DNA from: Candidatus Heimdallarchaeota archaeon
Lineage (GTDB): Archaea > Asgardarchaeota > Heimdallarchaeia > Heimdallarchaeales > Heimdallarchaeaceae
Direction of reading: 5' to 3'
Length of the DNA stretch: 25,881 bases
NCBI GenBank assembly: GCA_016839945.1
Contig: JAEOTE010000057.1
Location: 1-25,881, forward strand
The translations under genes and the position numbers were made by a program. Every line of letters starts with the position of its first letter. The stretch's first letter is position 1. The notes under the pieces were generated by a model. The model was not told where the DNA came from. It saw only the letters and a list, made by a program, of their open reading frames with translations, and did no database searches. Below are positions 1 to 8,811 of this stretch, piece by piece.

Positions 1-10
1 AAGAGTAAAA

Positions 11-568
11 TCATTCCATCCCTTTTTTCTTTATATCTTCTAATAATAGTTTGACATTTCTACTCTTGATTGAGTTAACAGCATCTTCAATTGAATCTTG
101 CATTTCTTTTTTCGAAAAAACTTTATTAGAATTGAAAAAATCAATTGTGGAAGAATCACCTACTTGACCTAATAACCAGATACTTTTGGTTAATGCAGGT
201 TTAGGTAAATCCTCAAGAGTAAGTTTTTGTAGCTCAGGAGCTAATGATTCTCCATATTCTTTTAATAATTCAGCTGCTTCTGAACGCACTCTTTCAGCTG
301 GAGATGAGATTTGTTGTAAAACTGCTTGTTTTATGAACTTATTTTGTTGTTTAACCTTTAAAGATCTTATAGCTTCTTCTTTTTTCCTGCTATTAGTTTC
401 TTTAGCTATAATATCTACAAGTAATTCTATAGTTTTAGGATAATTGAAGTGTTTTAATTCTCTAATTGCAAAAATAGAAAAATCATCGCGTTTGTCATCT
501 ACTTGTTTTATTAAAAATTCAAGCAATTCTTCTTCTGAATAATCGTGTTCTGATAAATTATTATTCAA
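11..568 (-). CDS. HEAT-repeat (PBS-lyase-like) alpha-solenoid protein, 185 aa
   Basis: Repeating helical units such as 'ERVRSEAAELL', 'RKKEEAIRSL', 'SIWLLGQVGD'. TTG start preceded by a GAGG RBS (+ strand cctc at about 574-577). Confidence 0.75.
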   Translation of the reverse strand: MNNNLSEHDYSEEELLEFLIKQVDDKRDDFSIFAIRELKHFNYPKTIELLVDIIAKETNSRKKEEAIRSLKVKQQNKFIKQAVLQQISSPAERVRSEAAELLKEYGESLAPELQKLTLEDLPKPALTKSIWLLGQVGDSSTIDFFNSNKVFSKKEMQDSIEDAVNSIKSRNVKLLLEDIKKKGME

Positions 569-599
569 TTGTTCCTCAATAATAATTCTTCTTTTTGTT

Positions 600-635
600 T
601 AAAAAGAATATCCTAAAAGAAAAAGAGTTTAGGAT
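600..635 (-). terminator. Putative terminator of the surface-protein gene: 8-bp stem-loop plus U tract
   Basis: ATCCTAAA (610-617) and TTTAGGAT (628-635) form an inverted repeat directly after the stop codon. The loop is U-rich on the minus strand and is followed by ATTCTTTTT. Confidence 0.45.
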
Positions 636-2152
636 TATCTCTTTCTTTTCAGATATATAACTCCTAAAGAGATTAATCCGAGAATAGTTACAAGACCAAA
701 CGGGAATGGAACTGGGATCCAGTTAGGTTCGTCTGGTTCTATTAATTCGAAGAATATTGTTATTGAATATTCATTACCTGCGTTATCAACAATTTTGAAA
801 TCAACAGAATAGATTCGATATTCCATAAATGATAAGGTTAACTCCCCATCATCTACTCTTCCAACTTTATTACCTTCATCTGATTCTACACTAATCTCAT
901 TAATGCCACTACCACCTACATCAACACCTGATACTAGAAAAGTAACTTGTTTAGCTGTATCACTCAAAGCAATCGGATCTAATAAATCAGGTTCAACGTA
1001 TGTTCCATTTTTCATTTTGATCATTATATCACCCGTAGGTGAAACCTGATCAATTAAAACTTTAACAATTTCAGTTTTTGATGCACTGAAAGCTTTTGCC
1101 GTTACTGATATATTATAGTCTCCTGGTGATGCATATAGATGGTATAAAGTGTAGCGAGAAATATTACTAACGGTCGGAGGTATGTAAGTTTCTATTCCAG
1201 TTGTATCATTCCAATCAATATCGATGGATGTAAAGTTTGCCTTAATGAGTTCAGCATTCCAACTTATACTTACATTTAGAGAATTTGTGTACCTTATTGA
1301 ATTTACTTCTAACTCTGGATCTCCATCTACAATTGTAATAACATGAGCTTGATTTTCGACTAAAACCCTATATTCTTTGGTAATATTATCAAAATGAACC
1401 ATGAAGGCTCTTATATCTAATTTCGTATCAGGATCATAAGAATGTGCTATTGATGTTGAAACCACATCACTTGTTCCATTTTGTGTGAGTGCAACTGTTA
1501 CATTTTTGAAAGTTTCAGAATAGCCTTCAGTAATATCTCTATACATCAAACCGTAGCTTGTTATGTTATAATTAACAAGCGATATATCCACATCTATGGC
1601 ATCATATTGAGTGTAAAAATCTTGTTTGAACCAAGTTCTAGTTCTTACTCCTGTAGTTATCATGTTTGGTACATTAATATCATCTTCATATTCTCCTAAT
1701 TTTGCACGAAAGAGGATAAATTCAGATGAAAGGTTAAATGTATAATTATAGTATGCAAAAATACCTGCACCTTCAGTAACTGTAGTTTCATTATCATATG
1801 TCATAAATGTAGGTTCATTCTCTAACCAACTTAAAACATCATTTGAAGGATATCCATCATCTCCATGAAGACGTACAAGACTTTCGTTATCTCCTTGATA
1901 ATAACTATACCAGATTGAAACATTATCGTACATATCAGCTTCAATTACTGCTCCCCAATAGGCTGAATCATTTCTTGGAAAAAGTTCTGTTGCATTTTCA
2001 TCAGCATATTGAAAAACTGGTCTATATGCTGGACTTAATTTGGGGAGGGTTGTCTGTTGAATACTTTTACCATTAAAACTCAATGATATTAGACTAACAC
2101 TTAGTAGAATTACTAAAATAAACAGAGGAGATAATTGTCTTTTTTTTGTCAA
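635..2152 (-). CDS. Secreted, C-terminally membrane-anchored surface glycoprotein with PKD/Ig-like domains
   Basis: N-terminal basic + hydrophobic signal/TM; PKD-like 'IDIDWNDTTG...HLYASPGDYNISVTA'; Ig-like 'VDNAGN'; 17 N-X-S/T sequons; C-terminal PVPFPFG-TM-KRKR. The track GTG at 2161 lies inside a GGTGA RBS, so TTG at 2152 is the likelier start. Confidence 0.75.
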   Translation of the reverse strand: MTKKRQLSPLFILVILLSVSLISLSFNGKSIQQTTLPKLSPAYRPVFQYADENATELFPRNDSAYWGAVIEADMYDNVSIWYSYYQGDNESLVRLHGDDGYPSNDVLSWLENEPTFMTYDNETTVTEGAGIFAYYNYTFNLSSEFILFRAKLGEYEDDINVPNMITTGVRTRTWFKQDFYTQYDAIDVDISLVNYNITSYGLMYRDITEGYSETFKNVTVALTQNGTSDVVSTSIAHSYDPDTKLDIRAFMVHFDNITKEYRVLVENQAHVITIVDGDPELEVNSIRYTNSLNVSISWNAELIKANFTSIDIDWNDTTGIETYIPPTVSNISRYTLYHLYASPGDYNISVTAKAFSASKTEIVKVLIDQVSPTGDIMIKMKNGTYVEPDLLDPIALSDTAKQVTFLVSGVDVGGSGINEISVESDEGNKVGRVDDGELTLSFMEYRIYSVDFKIVDNAGNEYSITIFFELIEPDEPNWIPVPFPFGLVTILGLISLGVIYLKRKR

Positions 2153-2255
2153 TGAAATCACCGTTTAATAAGGGGTTTCTTTTCTGAAATCTGAAATCAT
2201 CTGTATTTTTAAACTTATCGAACTTGATTTTACTTCAGAATAAAAAGTGTTTGTT

Positions 2256-3608
2256 TTACAGGAAAAAGGAAACATCCTCAGTATACAAGTAAGGTGCTAA
2301 AATACTATAAGGAGTGTTTATAGGCCTAACAACTTTTCTATCTTCAGTGAAGATCGGATTTTTACATAAGAGATTGTGTATGTTTCCTATTACATCAAAA
2401 GTTTGAAGGGTTTTTTCTATCGAACCTTTTTCAATTTTATATGCATCATTTGCTGAAATTTTGAATGTTCCAGAGTAATAATCAGCAGTCATATATCCAT
2501 GAGTTGAATTGATGAAAATACCTTCAGATATATCATTAATTACTTGATCTAATTTCTGATTCCCTTCCCCAATTATAAGATTAGAAGGATATATTTCAGG
2601 ATAAGATTGATAATTTCTTGGGAAAAGTTCAAACATCTTTACTCTAAATGAATTCCCTGTCATCTCTTCATTCTTTTCTGCATATTGAGAATTATTTAAA
2701 GCAGTTTCAAACACTCCCTTTATAATTATGTTAGTTTTAGCTTGGCTTACACCCTCATCGTCAAAGCTTGTCGAATTTGGTAAACCTGGAACTGTTCCAT
2801 CGTCAATTAAATTAAAGTTCTCAGAAAACTGTATATTTTGGATATTCTCTGAAAATTTCTTGCTTAAGGAAGGTACTAAAGAAAATGAGAAAATCTGTGC
2901 AAAAGCCATTGGAGAGAAAATTACAGGTAATTCTTTGTTTTCTAGTACTTCACTTGGAGCAGATCTTTGAATCGTTTCTGTTACTAAATCTTCAACAATG
3001 CTTGAAACAGAGCTTGGAATCTGACGGCTTGTTAGATGTTTTTCAGAACTAGAAATCATATCATATCCACGGTATAAAGCACGTAAATCAATATCGCACC
3101 AGGTGCTTTTTTCAAAAGCAATTTTCTGAGAAGTATTTACAATAATTTTTCTTTCCAGTGAAAATAATATTGAACCATCTAGAATAATATCTTCAATCTT
3201 GTTCTCTAATTCATTCATAGAATAGGAAATATTGTACATTTCTTCTTCATTAAGTGAAGCAACTCTTTTATCATAAATCTTAGACACCGAGGAAGAGAGT
3301 TTTATTTCAGGAAACTCAAATTTATTACAAATTATTGGATAGGATACTAGAGTTGATAATTTATTGATTTCATCAAGAACTGTTGAAAGCGGAAAGCAAG
3401 CAAAATATAATTGATTTTCTTTAAAAAATCTAACTGCACAACCTACTCTATCAACAGATTGGAAATCTTTGGGAGTTCTATATTCTATCCCTCCCATCAT
3501 TTGAGAGATTGACTGTATGTAGATTTCAGCTTCTTTAACATCGTGTTGTTTATCAAGCTTAACTAAAACCTTAGTTGCAATTTCTTTGAGTTCTTCATCT
3601 GTATACAT
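2256..3608 (-). CDS. pmbA: TldE/PmbA-family non-catalytic subunit of the TldD/E metalloprotease
   Basis: 'LIDDGTVPGLPNSTSFDDEGV', 'TGNSFR', 'PSNL', 'SGTFKI'. No HExxxH motif. Lies 1 nt downstream of tldD. Confidence 0.88.
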   Translation of the reverse strand: MYTDEELKEIATKVLVKLDKQHDVKEAEIYIQSISQMMGGIEYRTPKDFQSVDRVGCAVRFFKENQLYFACFPLSTVLDEINKLSTLVSYPIICNKFEFPEIKLSSSVSKIYDKRVASLNEEEMYNISYSMNELENKIEDIILDGSILFSLERKIIVNTSQKIAFEKSTWCDIDLRALYRGYDMISSSEKHLTSRQIPSSVSSIVEDLVTETIQRSAPSEVLENKELPVIFSPMAFAQIFSFSLVPSLSKKFSENIQNIQFSENFNLIDDGTVPGLPNSTSFDDEGVSQAKTNIIIKGVFETALNNSQYAEKNEEMTGNSFRVKMFELFPRNYQSYPEIYPSNLIIGEGNQKLDQVINDISEGIFINSTHGYMTADYYSGTFKISANDAYKIEKGSIEKTLQTFDVIGNIHNLLCKNPIFTEDRKVVRPINTPYSILAPYLYTEDVSFFL

Positions 3609-3609
3609 T

Positions 3610-4977
3610 TTAACTCACCCTCATTTCTGATACTGCTAATTTAGGACATACAGAGCCAACAAACAGTCGTTGACTATTCTTAACACAACTTCCAGGATGA
3701 GCAAATAATCTATCACCTACACACTCGATTTTAGAGAGAGTATCAATCATTTTTCCACTTACTTGAAATTGGAGAATGTAATCCTGTAGTTCCCCATCTT
3801 TGATTAATCTTCCATATTGTGCATCAAGGTTATACTCTCCTGTTTGAGGTTCAGAAGAACCTCCAAGACCTTCACCTATATACAAACCGTTCTTAACATA
3901 CTCATACATTTCCTCTTCTTTGAAATCCTTAGGTTCAAAGAAGAAATTACTCATTCTTACTTGTGGTAAAAACTCAAAACTAAATGCTCTAAAATTTGCA
4001 GATGTTTCGCTATCCATTGCAGCTGCAGTGATTCGGCTATGCAAGAAATCTGATAAGATCCCTTCGTCAACAAGTAATGTTCCTCTACCTTTTGTTCCTT
4101 CTGAATCAAATTCATAATACCCTAGAGTTTCAATGTATGGATCATCAATTACACTGACAATACTTGGGGCGATTTTCATTCCCAATAAACCTGCGCTGAA
4201 TGATCTTCCTGATAAAACATTATCTGCTTCAAGTGAATGACCTAGAACTTCATGTCCTAATGTCCACGACATATCTTCACTTAATACAGCTTTGTATTTA
4301 CCTTGCTTTGCTTGTTTTGCAGTAGGAAGATTGTTTATTACATCCACAAAACGAAGAGTTTCTTCTTGGTTATTGAAAGGGATAACTTCTAGCCCACCCA
4401 TCCCCCCAAAACTGTGATAGAATTTCACTTTAAGATTATTATGTAAAACTCTACCAGTTAGAGTTAAAACACAATAGGGGTATTCTTGATAAACATTGGA
4501 ACCTTCAGAGTTAACAAAGTTTTCAGACCAATTCATGAAAAATAAATCTGTTTCAATTTTTGCATCTACTTTCAATGACTCTTTTATGTAATCATCAAGA
4601 CTCTTGACTTTTTCACTTAATTCTTCCTTTTCAATTTCTTTCCAACTTATTTTTGGTTTCTTAGTAATTGAAGCATCAGTAACAGGAGCTTCAACCAATG
4701 TAGATATTCCTTTTTTCCATTTTGTCATTAATTTCGACATGTTATATGCTTTCAGAATTTTATCATCAGCAAACTTAAAATCTGGAGTAGATGTAAATGT
4801 GACTATCCCTTCAGAAAGCATTCTTATACCATAACCTGAATTAATGCAAGTGTTTTCAGATGAGATTTTTCCATCTTCAGCAATGATATTTTTTTGTTCT
4901 ATCCTCCCATAACGAATGTCAGTATAGGAAGCTCCTTGCTTCTGTGCAGTTTCTAGCAAAGATTCTAAAGAGTCGAT
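3610..4977 (-). CDS. tldD: TldD-family zinc metalloprotease
   Basis: HEVLGHSLEAD zinc motif, 'FDSEGT', 'VRMSN', C-terminal 'GSCVK' Cys ligand. GAGGTG RBS (4984-4989) sits 6 nt before an in-frame ATC at 4977; the track start is TTG at 4959. Confidence 0.9.
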   Translation of the reverse strand: MDSLESLLETAQKQGASYTDIRYGRIEQKNIIAEDGKISSENTCINSGYGIRMLSEGIVTFTSTPDFKFADDKILKAYNMSKLMTKWKKGISTLVEAPVTDASITKKPKISWKEIEKEELSEKVKSLDDYIKESLKVDAKIETDLFFMNWSENFVNSEGSNVYQEYPYCVLTLTGRVLHNNLKVKFYHSFGGMGGLEVIPFNNQEETLRFVDVINNLPTAKQAKQGKYKAVLSEDMSWTLGHEVLGHSLEADNVLSGRSFSAGLLGMKIAPSIVSVIDDPYIETLGYYEFDSEGTKGRGTLLVDEGILSDFLHSRITAAAMDSETSANFRAFSFEFLPQVRMSNFFFEPKDFKEEEMYEYVKNGLYIGEGLGGSSEPQTGEYNLDAQYGRLIKDGELQDYILQFQVSGKMIDTLSKIECVGDRLFAHPGSCVKNSQRLFVGSVCPKLAVSEMRVS

Positions 4978-5010
4978 TCTTTACACCTCTTCGTTATTTT
5001 GTTAATTCTT

Positions 5011-5028
5011 TTAGCTATATATAGCTAA
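5011..5028. promoter_or_regulatory. Perfect 18-bp palindrome TTAGCTATATATAGCTAA with a TATATATA core: bidirectional TATA box and/or operator
   Basis: Exactly self-complementary and located between the divergent tldD and HAD phosphatase genes. Confidence 0.55.
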
Positions 5029-5079
5029 CCAAATGAGAAAATAGGAAAACTTTTGTTCTGCTTAATAAATCAAGGTTTA

Positions 5080-5739
5080 ATGAATGTAGTAATCTGTTGC
5101 GACTTTGATGGTACTATAACTTTAACTGATACTGGAAAGATATTACTTTCAAACCTTACAAACGAAGATTGGCAATATTATGATGACCTCGTTATAAAAG
5201 GGAAAATGGGAACTAGAGAGGCTTTAGTAATTCAGTGGGGGATGATTAAAAGTACAACAACTGAAGAGATAAACAGAATTGTAGATGAGATAGAAATTGA
5301 TCCTGCATTCAATCAGTTCTATGAATGGACTAAGGAAAAAGGTATTGAGTTCTTAATAATATCTGATGGATTTAAAACTTACATAAATAGGATTCTTCAC
5401 AATCACAATATCCAGATAGCAGAAACAGATATCAAATCAAATGATATGGAATTAGTCGAAGGAAAATTCAAGTTGAAATTTTTAACACCAGAATGTGAAC
5501 ATAATTGTGCGAATTGTAAGTATTCTCAAGTTAAACAATTCAAAGATAAGGGAAGAAAAATAATCTACATCGGTGATGGTTTATCTGATATTTTACCAGC
5601 TAGAGAATTAGCAGATGTAATTTTAGCAAAAGAAAATGAGGATTTGGCAAAAGAGTTAAAGAATGATTCTAGACTTATAACATTCAGAAGTTTCGCAAAT
5701 CTTTTGGAAGAGAAAACAAAAGAGTTTCTATTGGAATAG
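5080..5739 (+). CDS. HAD-IB phosphatase, MtnX/phosphoserine-phosphatase-like
   Basis: Motif I DFDGTIT, motif II ISDG, 'CANCK', motif IV GDGLSD. ATG at 5080 is preferred over TTG at 5053 because motif I normally lies a few residues from the N-terminus. Confidence 0.85.
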   Translation: MNVVICCDFDGTITLTDTGKILLSNLTNEDWQYYDDLVIKGKMGTREALVIQWGMIKSTTTEEINRIVDEIEIDPAFNQFYEWTKEKGIEFLIISDGFKTYINRILHNHNIQIAETDIKSNDMELVEGKFKLKFLTPECEHNCANCKYSQVKQFKDKGRKIIYIGDGLSDILPARELADVILAKENEDLAKELKNDSRLITFRSFANLLEEKTKEFLLE

Positions 5740-5745
5740 TAGTAA

Positions 5746-6393
5746 TTACATTAAAATGTCTTCAGAGTTTATGAAAGGATTTTCTTTTTTTTCCGTTCCT
5801 ATATCTGTAAAATCACTATGACCAGGATATACTTTGGTTTTATCTGGTAATTTTATTAGATTGTAAATAGAATTCATTAAAACTTCATATGAACCTCCAT
5901 ATAAATCAGTTCTTCCTATTCCACTTCTAAACAGAACATCACCTGTTAAGAGACAATTATTGAAATGATAACAGATGCTTCCTGGAGTATGTCCTGGTGA
6001 TAAAATTGTTTTGATTTCTAAATTACCTAGTTTCAGGATTTGATTATCTTCAACTTCAACGTCTAATTTCTCAATAACTGATGAATCAACTGCAAAAATC
6101 CTAGCAAAAAAACCTTGGTTTTCCAGAACAAAAAGTTCATTCTTATTATATGCAATTAATGCTTCAGGATACTTCTTTTTTATTATATTTATGCCATTAA
6201 AATGGTCAAAATGAAGGTGTGTAAAAAAGAGATATTTAACCTTAAGATTCTCTTTTTCTATAATAGAAACAAGATGTTCTATTTCTCCACCTACATCAAA
6301 TAGAGCTGCTTCCTTTGATTGTTTGTCATATAGAAGATAACAATTTGTATGTAAAGGACCAGTCACTTGGTGCTCAAGAACAAATTCACTCAT
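5746..6393 (-). CDS. Metallo-beta-lactamase-fold hydrolase (glyoxalase II/YcbL-like)
   Basis: 'TNCY', THLHFDH, PGHTPGS, 'TGDVLF', 'GIGRTDL', 'YPGH', 'EKKENPF'. Confidence 0.9.
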   Translation of the reverse strand: MSEFVLEHQVTGPLHTNCYLLYDKQSKEAALFDVGGEIEHLVSIIEKENLKVKYLFFTHLHFDHFNGINIIKKKYPEALIAYNKNELFVLENQGFFARIFAVDSSVIEKLDVEVEDNQILKLGNLEIKTILSPGHTPGSICYHFNNCLLTGDVLFRSGIGRTDLYGGSYEVLMNSIYNLIKLPDKTKVYPGHSDFTDIGTEKKENPFINSEDILM

Positions 6394-6514
6394 TAAAGGA
6401 AAGGATAGAGAGATATTCTTAAGCTCTTCGTCTTTTCAATTTTGTTATGAAGAGAAATCATTGAATTAAAATGATACGTTTTTTAATTCCCTTTACCATA
6501 GTTCTTTGAAATAA

Positions 6515-7255
6515 ATGAGTAAAGAAAGAGAAGAAAATGAGATTGAGATAACTATATTTGATAATAAAGTTGAACAAGTTAATATTTCTATTGAAGATTT
6601 AATCAACAATTATAGTCTTTCAAATAAAAATAAGGAAAAAACTCAAATTTTGGATCAATTGGGAGATTATACAAATTATCCTGTAGTCATAGATTTTCTT
6701 AAAGATACAGCAAAAGAGGATACATATGATTTGTGTAGAGCAAAAGCAGTTTCATATTTTTCAGATTTTACAGATAATGAAGAGATTAAAAATTTATTAC
6801 TTCAGAAACTAAATGATAGTTCTCCTAAAGTAAGATTATGGACTGTGTGGTCCCTAAGAGGAGAAATTCATGATCAAAATATACAATCAGAATTCATTAG
6901 AAGAATTAAATATATCGAGAAAGCAAAAATAGTTAGATTGTGGATTATTAGATCACTAAGCGATGTTATTGATAATGAAAATGTCCAGTATGTTTTCATG
7001 CAACTAATGAAAGAAAAACCTGATACAGAAACTCGAAAACTTCTTCTATATTATTTATTACAGAAGATCGAAAATCCTGATATAAACTACTTCATTTCAT
7101 CATATGTTTTGACAGAAATTAACAAAGATATTCGCAAGGAAATCGTAAAAAAGATGATAGAAATAAACAATGACGACGTTAAATATGCTCTTAATAAACT
7201 AATCAAAACTGAAAAAAATAAGGAAATAAAAGACCTAATCACACAATATATCTAA
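6515..7255 (+). CDS. HEAT-repeat protein, 246 aa
   Basis: Tandem repeats of about 30 aa: 'LCRAKAVSYF', 'LNDSSPKVRLWTVWSL', 'IVRLWIIRSL', 'ETRKLLLYYL', 'DIRKEIVKKM'. Confidence 0.75.
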   Translation: MSKEREENEIEITIFDNKVEQVNISIEDLINNYSLSNKNKEKTQILDQLGDYTNYPVVIDFLKDTAKEDTYDLCRAKAVSYFSDFTDNEEIKNLLLQKLNDSSPKVRLWTVWSLRGEIHDQNIQSEFIRRIKYIEKAKIVRLWIIRSLSDVIDNENVQYVFMQLMKEKPDTETRKLLLYYLLQKIENPDINYFISSYVLTEINKDIRKEIVKKMIEINNDDVKYALNKLIKTEKNKEIKDLITQYI

Positions 7256-7272
7256 TTAGAGAAAACAACTTC

Positions 7273-8709
7273 TTAATCTGCTGGTTCTTTAAAGAAATTA
7301 TTTTTTCCTCTAAGATAAGAAATTAACAATCCTAGAACAGCTATAACGACGAATATTATAAATGCTATTTGAGCGCTTTTAAGAAAGAGAGGTTCATAAT
7401 TTGGGGATTGAGTATCCACATCACTAATTATGACAGCAGATAACAGAGTCCATAATCCCAAACTAATTGTTTGACCTACAGTTCTCATAGTTCCTACAAG
7501 AGCTGAAGCTACTCCATAATCTTTTCTTGGAACCGAACTCATTATCGAATTAGCATTTGGGGAGGAGAAGAATCCAAAACCTATTCCTCCAAAAACCAAG
7601 CTTAAAATAATTATATAGAGTGGTGTATCTGCTTTTAAGAAAGTAAGTAAAGATAATCCAATTATTCCAAAACCTATTCCAGTAGTAGTTATTATTTGAT
7701 GAGCCATTTTATCAGAAATCCAACCACCGAATGGAGATAATATTGCTTGGAAGATAGGTCTAGCGAGTAGTATCAAACCCGCAATATATGCTATCCTAGC
7801 TCCAAATGTTACATGAAGATCATGAACATTCTGTAAATATAAACTAAGAATAAAAGATGTTGCAGCAGTTGCAGTATAATATGTAAAAGCTGCTAGATTC
7901 GCGAAAGTAAAGAAACGATTACTTCCAAACATTCTTAATTGTAGAATTGGGTAATCAATTTTCAGTTCCCAAACGATAAATGCTACTAATGTAATAATTG
8001 ATCCACTAATTAGACCATACCCATAGTATCTTGGTAGAGATCTTAATCCATAGAGAAGCAAGAATAGAGTTGAGATATACATTATTGAGCCAACCCAGTC
8101 AAATTTTTCTTTTGTTTCATTTTTCCATTCTCCTTTTAGTAAGAAAACAACAAGAAATGATATTATAATTCCAAAAGGAACTACACTGAAGAAAACACTT
8201 CTCCATCCTAAGGAATATGTTAGAAAACCCCCCAAGGAAGGTCCAACTGTTAGTCCGAGATAAACTGAACCTATATTGATTCCAAATGCTAATCCTTTCT
8301 TATCTGATGGAAAAACAGAAGTTAATATTGCTGTTCCTGTTGCAAAAACAAGAGCTCCCCCTATTCCTTGAACAAATCTCATTATAATTATCACTGTTGC
8401 AGAATTCATAAATCCAAGAACAAGAGCTGATAAAGAGAAAATTATTGTTCCTATAAGATATATTTTCTTTCTTCCATAATTATCTGCGATTTTACCAAAT
8501 GGTATTTGTAACATAGCTGCTGCTAGTAGGTATATTGTCATAATCCAGCTTAATTCAGGAGTGTTGATATTCAGTTCTGCAGCCATTGTTGGTGCAGCTA
8601 GACCAAAAGCTGATCCACTAAATGCTGAAATAAAAGAAGATACTGATATTATAGAAAGCGCTATAATTCTGTCTTTTATAGGACTTGGTTCAGTGGATTG
8701 AGTTGGCAT
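7273..8709 (-). CDS. MFS transporter, DHA2 (14-TM, EmrB/QacA-like) family
   Basis: Motif A 'GKIADNYGRKK', 'RFVQGIGGA', motif C 'GPSLGGFLT', 'GFGFFSSPN'; about 14 hydrophobic segments. Confidence 0.9.
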   Translation of the reverse strand: MPTQSTEPSPIKDRIIALSIISVSSFISAFSGSAFGLAAPTMAAELNINTPELSWIMTIYLLAAAMLQIPFGKIADNYGRKKIYLIGTIIFSLSALVLGFMNSATVIIIMRFVQGIGGALVFATGTAILTSVFPSDKKGLAFGINIGSVYLGLTVGPSLGGFLTYSLGWRSVFFSVVPFGIIISFLVVFLLKGEWKNETKEKFDWVGSIMYISTLFLLLYGLRSLPRYYGYGLISGSIITLVAFIVWELKIDYPILQLRMFGSNRFFTFANLAAFTYYTATAATSFILSLYLQNVHDLHVTFGARIAYIAGLILLARPIFQAILSPFGGWISDKMAHQIITTTGIGFGIIGLSLLTFLKADTPLYIIILSLVFGGIGFGFFSSPNANSIMSSVPRKDYGVASALVGTMRTVGQTISLGLWTLLSAVIISDVDTQSPNYEPLFLKSAQIAFIIFVVIAVLGLLISYLRGKNNFFKEPAD

Positions 8710-8779
8710 TTTAACACAGAAATTAATTCAGTTTCTGAACGATAAATTGACTGGTATTTATATCCTTCTTATTTAACAA

Positions 8780-8810
8780 TGAAAAAAAGAATAATTGTAA
8801 GAAAAAAGAT
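8780..8810 (-). terminator. U-tract terminator after aor
   Basis: The minus strand reads TCTTTTTTC...TTCTTTTTTTC just after the AOR stop codon. Confidence 0.45.
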
Positions 8811-8811
8811 A

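Noticed and set aside
186-4834. Short ORFs 186-443, 1481-1699, 1843-2076, 2728-2970, 3920-4117 and 4604-4834 (+)
   Set aside because: Antisense shadows fully inside well-supported minus-strand genes, with no recognisable motifs.
2256-4977. tldD-pmbA as part of a RiPP/microcin-like cluster
   Set aside because: No precursor peptide, YcaO or radical SAM gene nearby; stand-alone tldD/pmbA pairs are common in archaea.
5080-5739. Calling the HAD phosphatase mtnX (methionine salvage)
   Set aside because: No RuBisCO-like mtnW, mtnB or mtnD in the window, so the substrate cannot be assigned.
8717-8739. Short inverted repeats upstream of the MFS gene (CAGAAA...TTTCTG; TTCAG-N3-CTGAA)
   Set aside because: Arms of 5-6 bp in AT-rich DNA are expected by chance, and there is no adjacent regulator gene.
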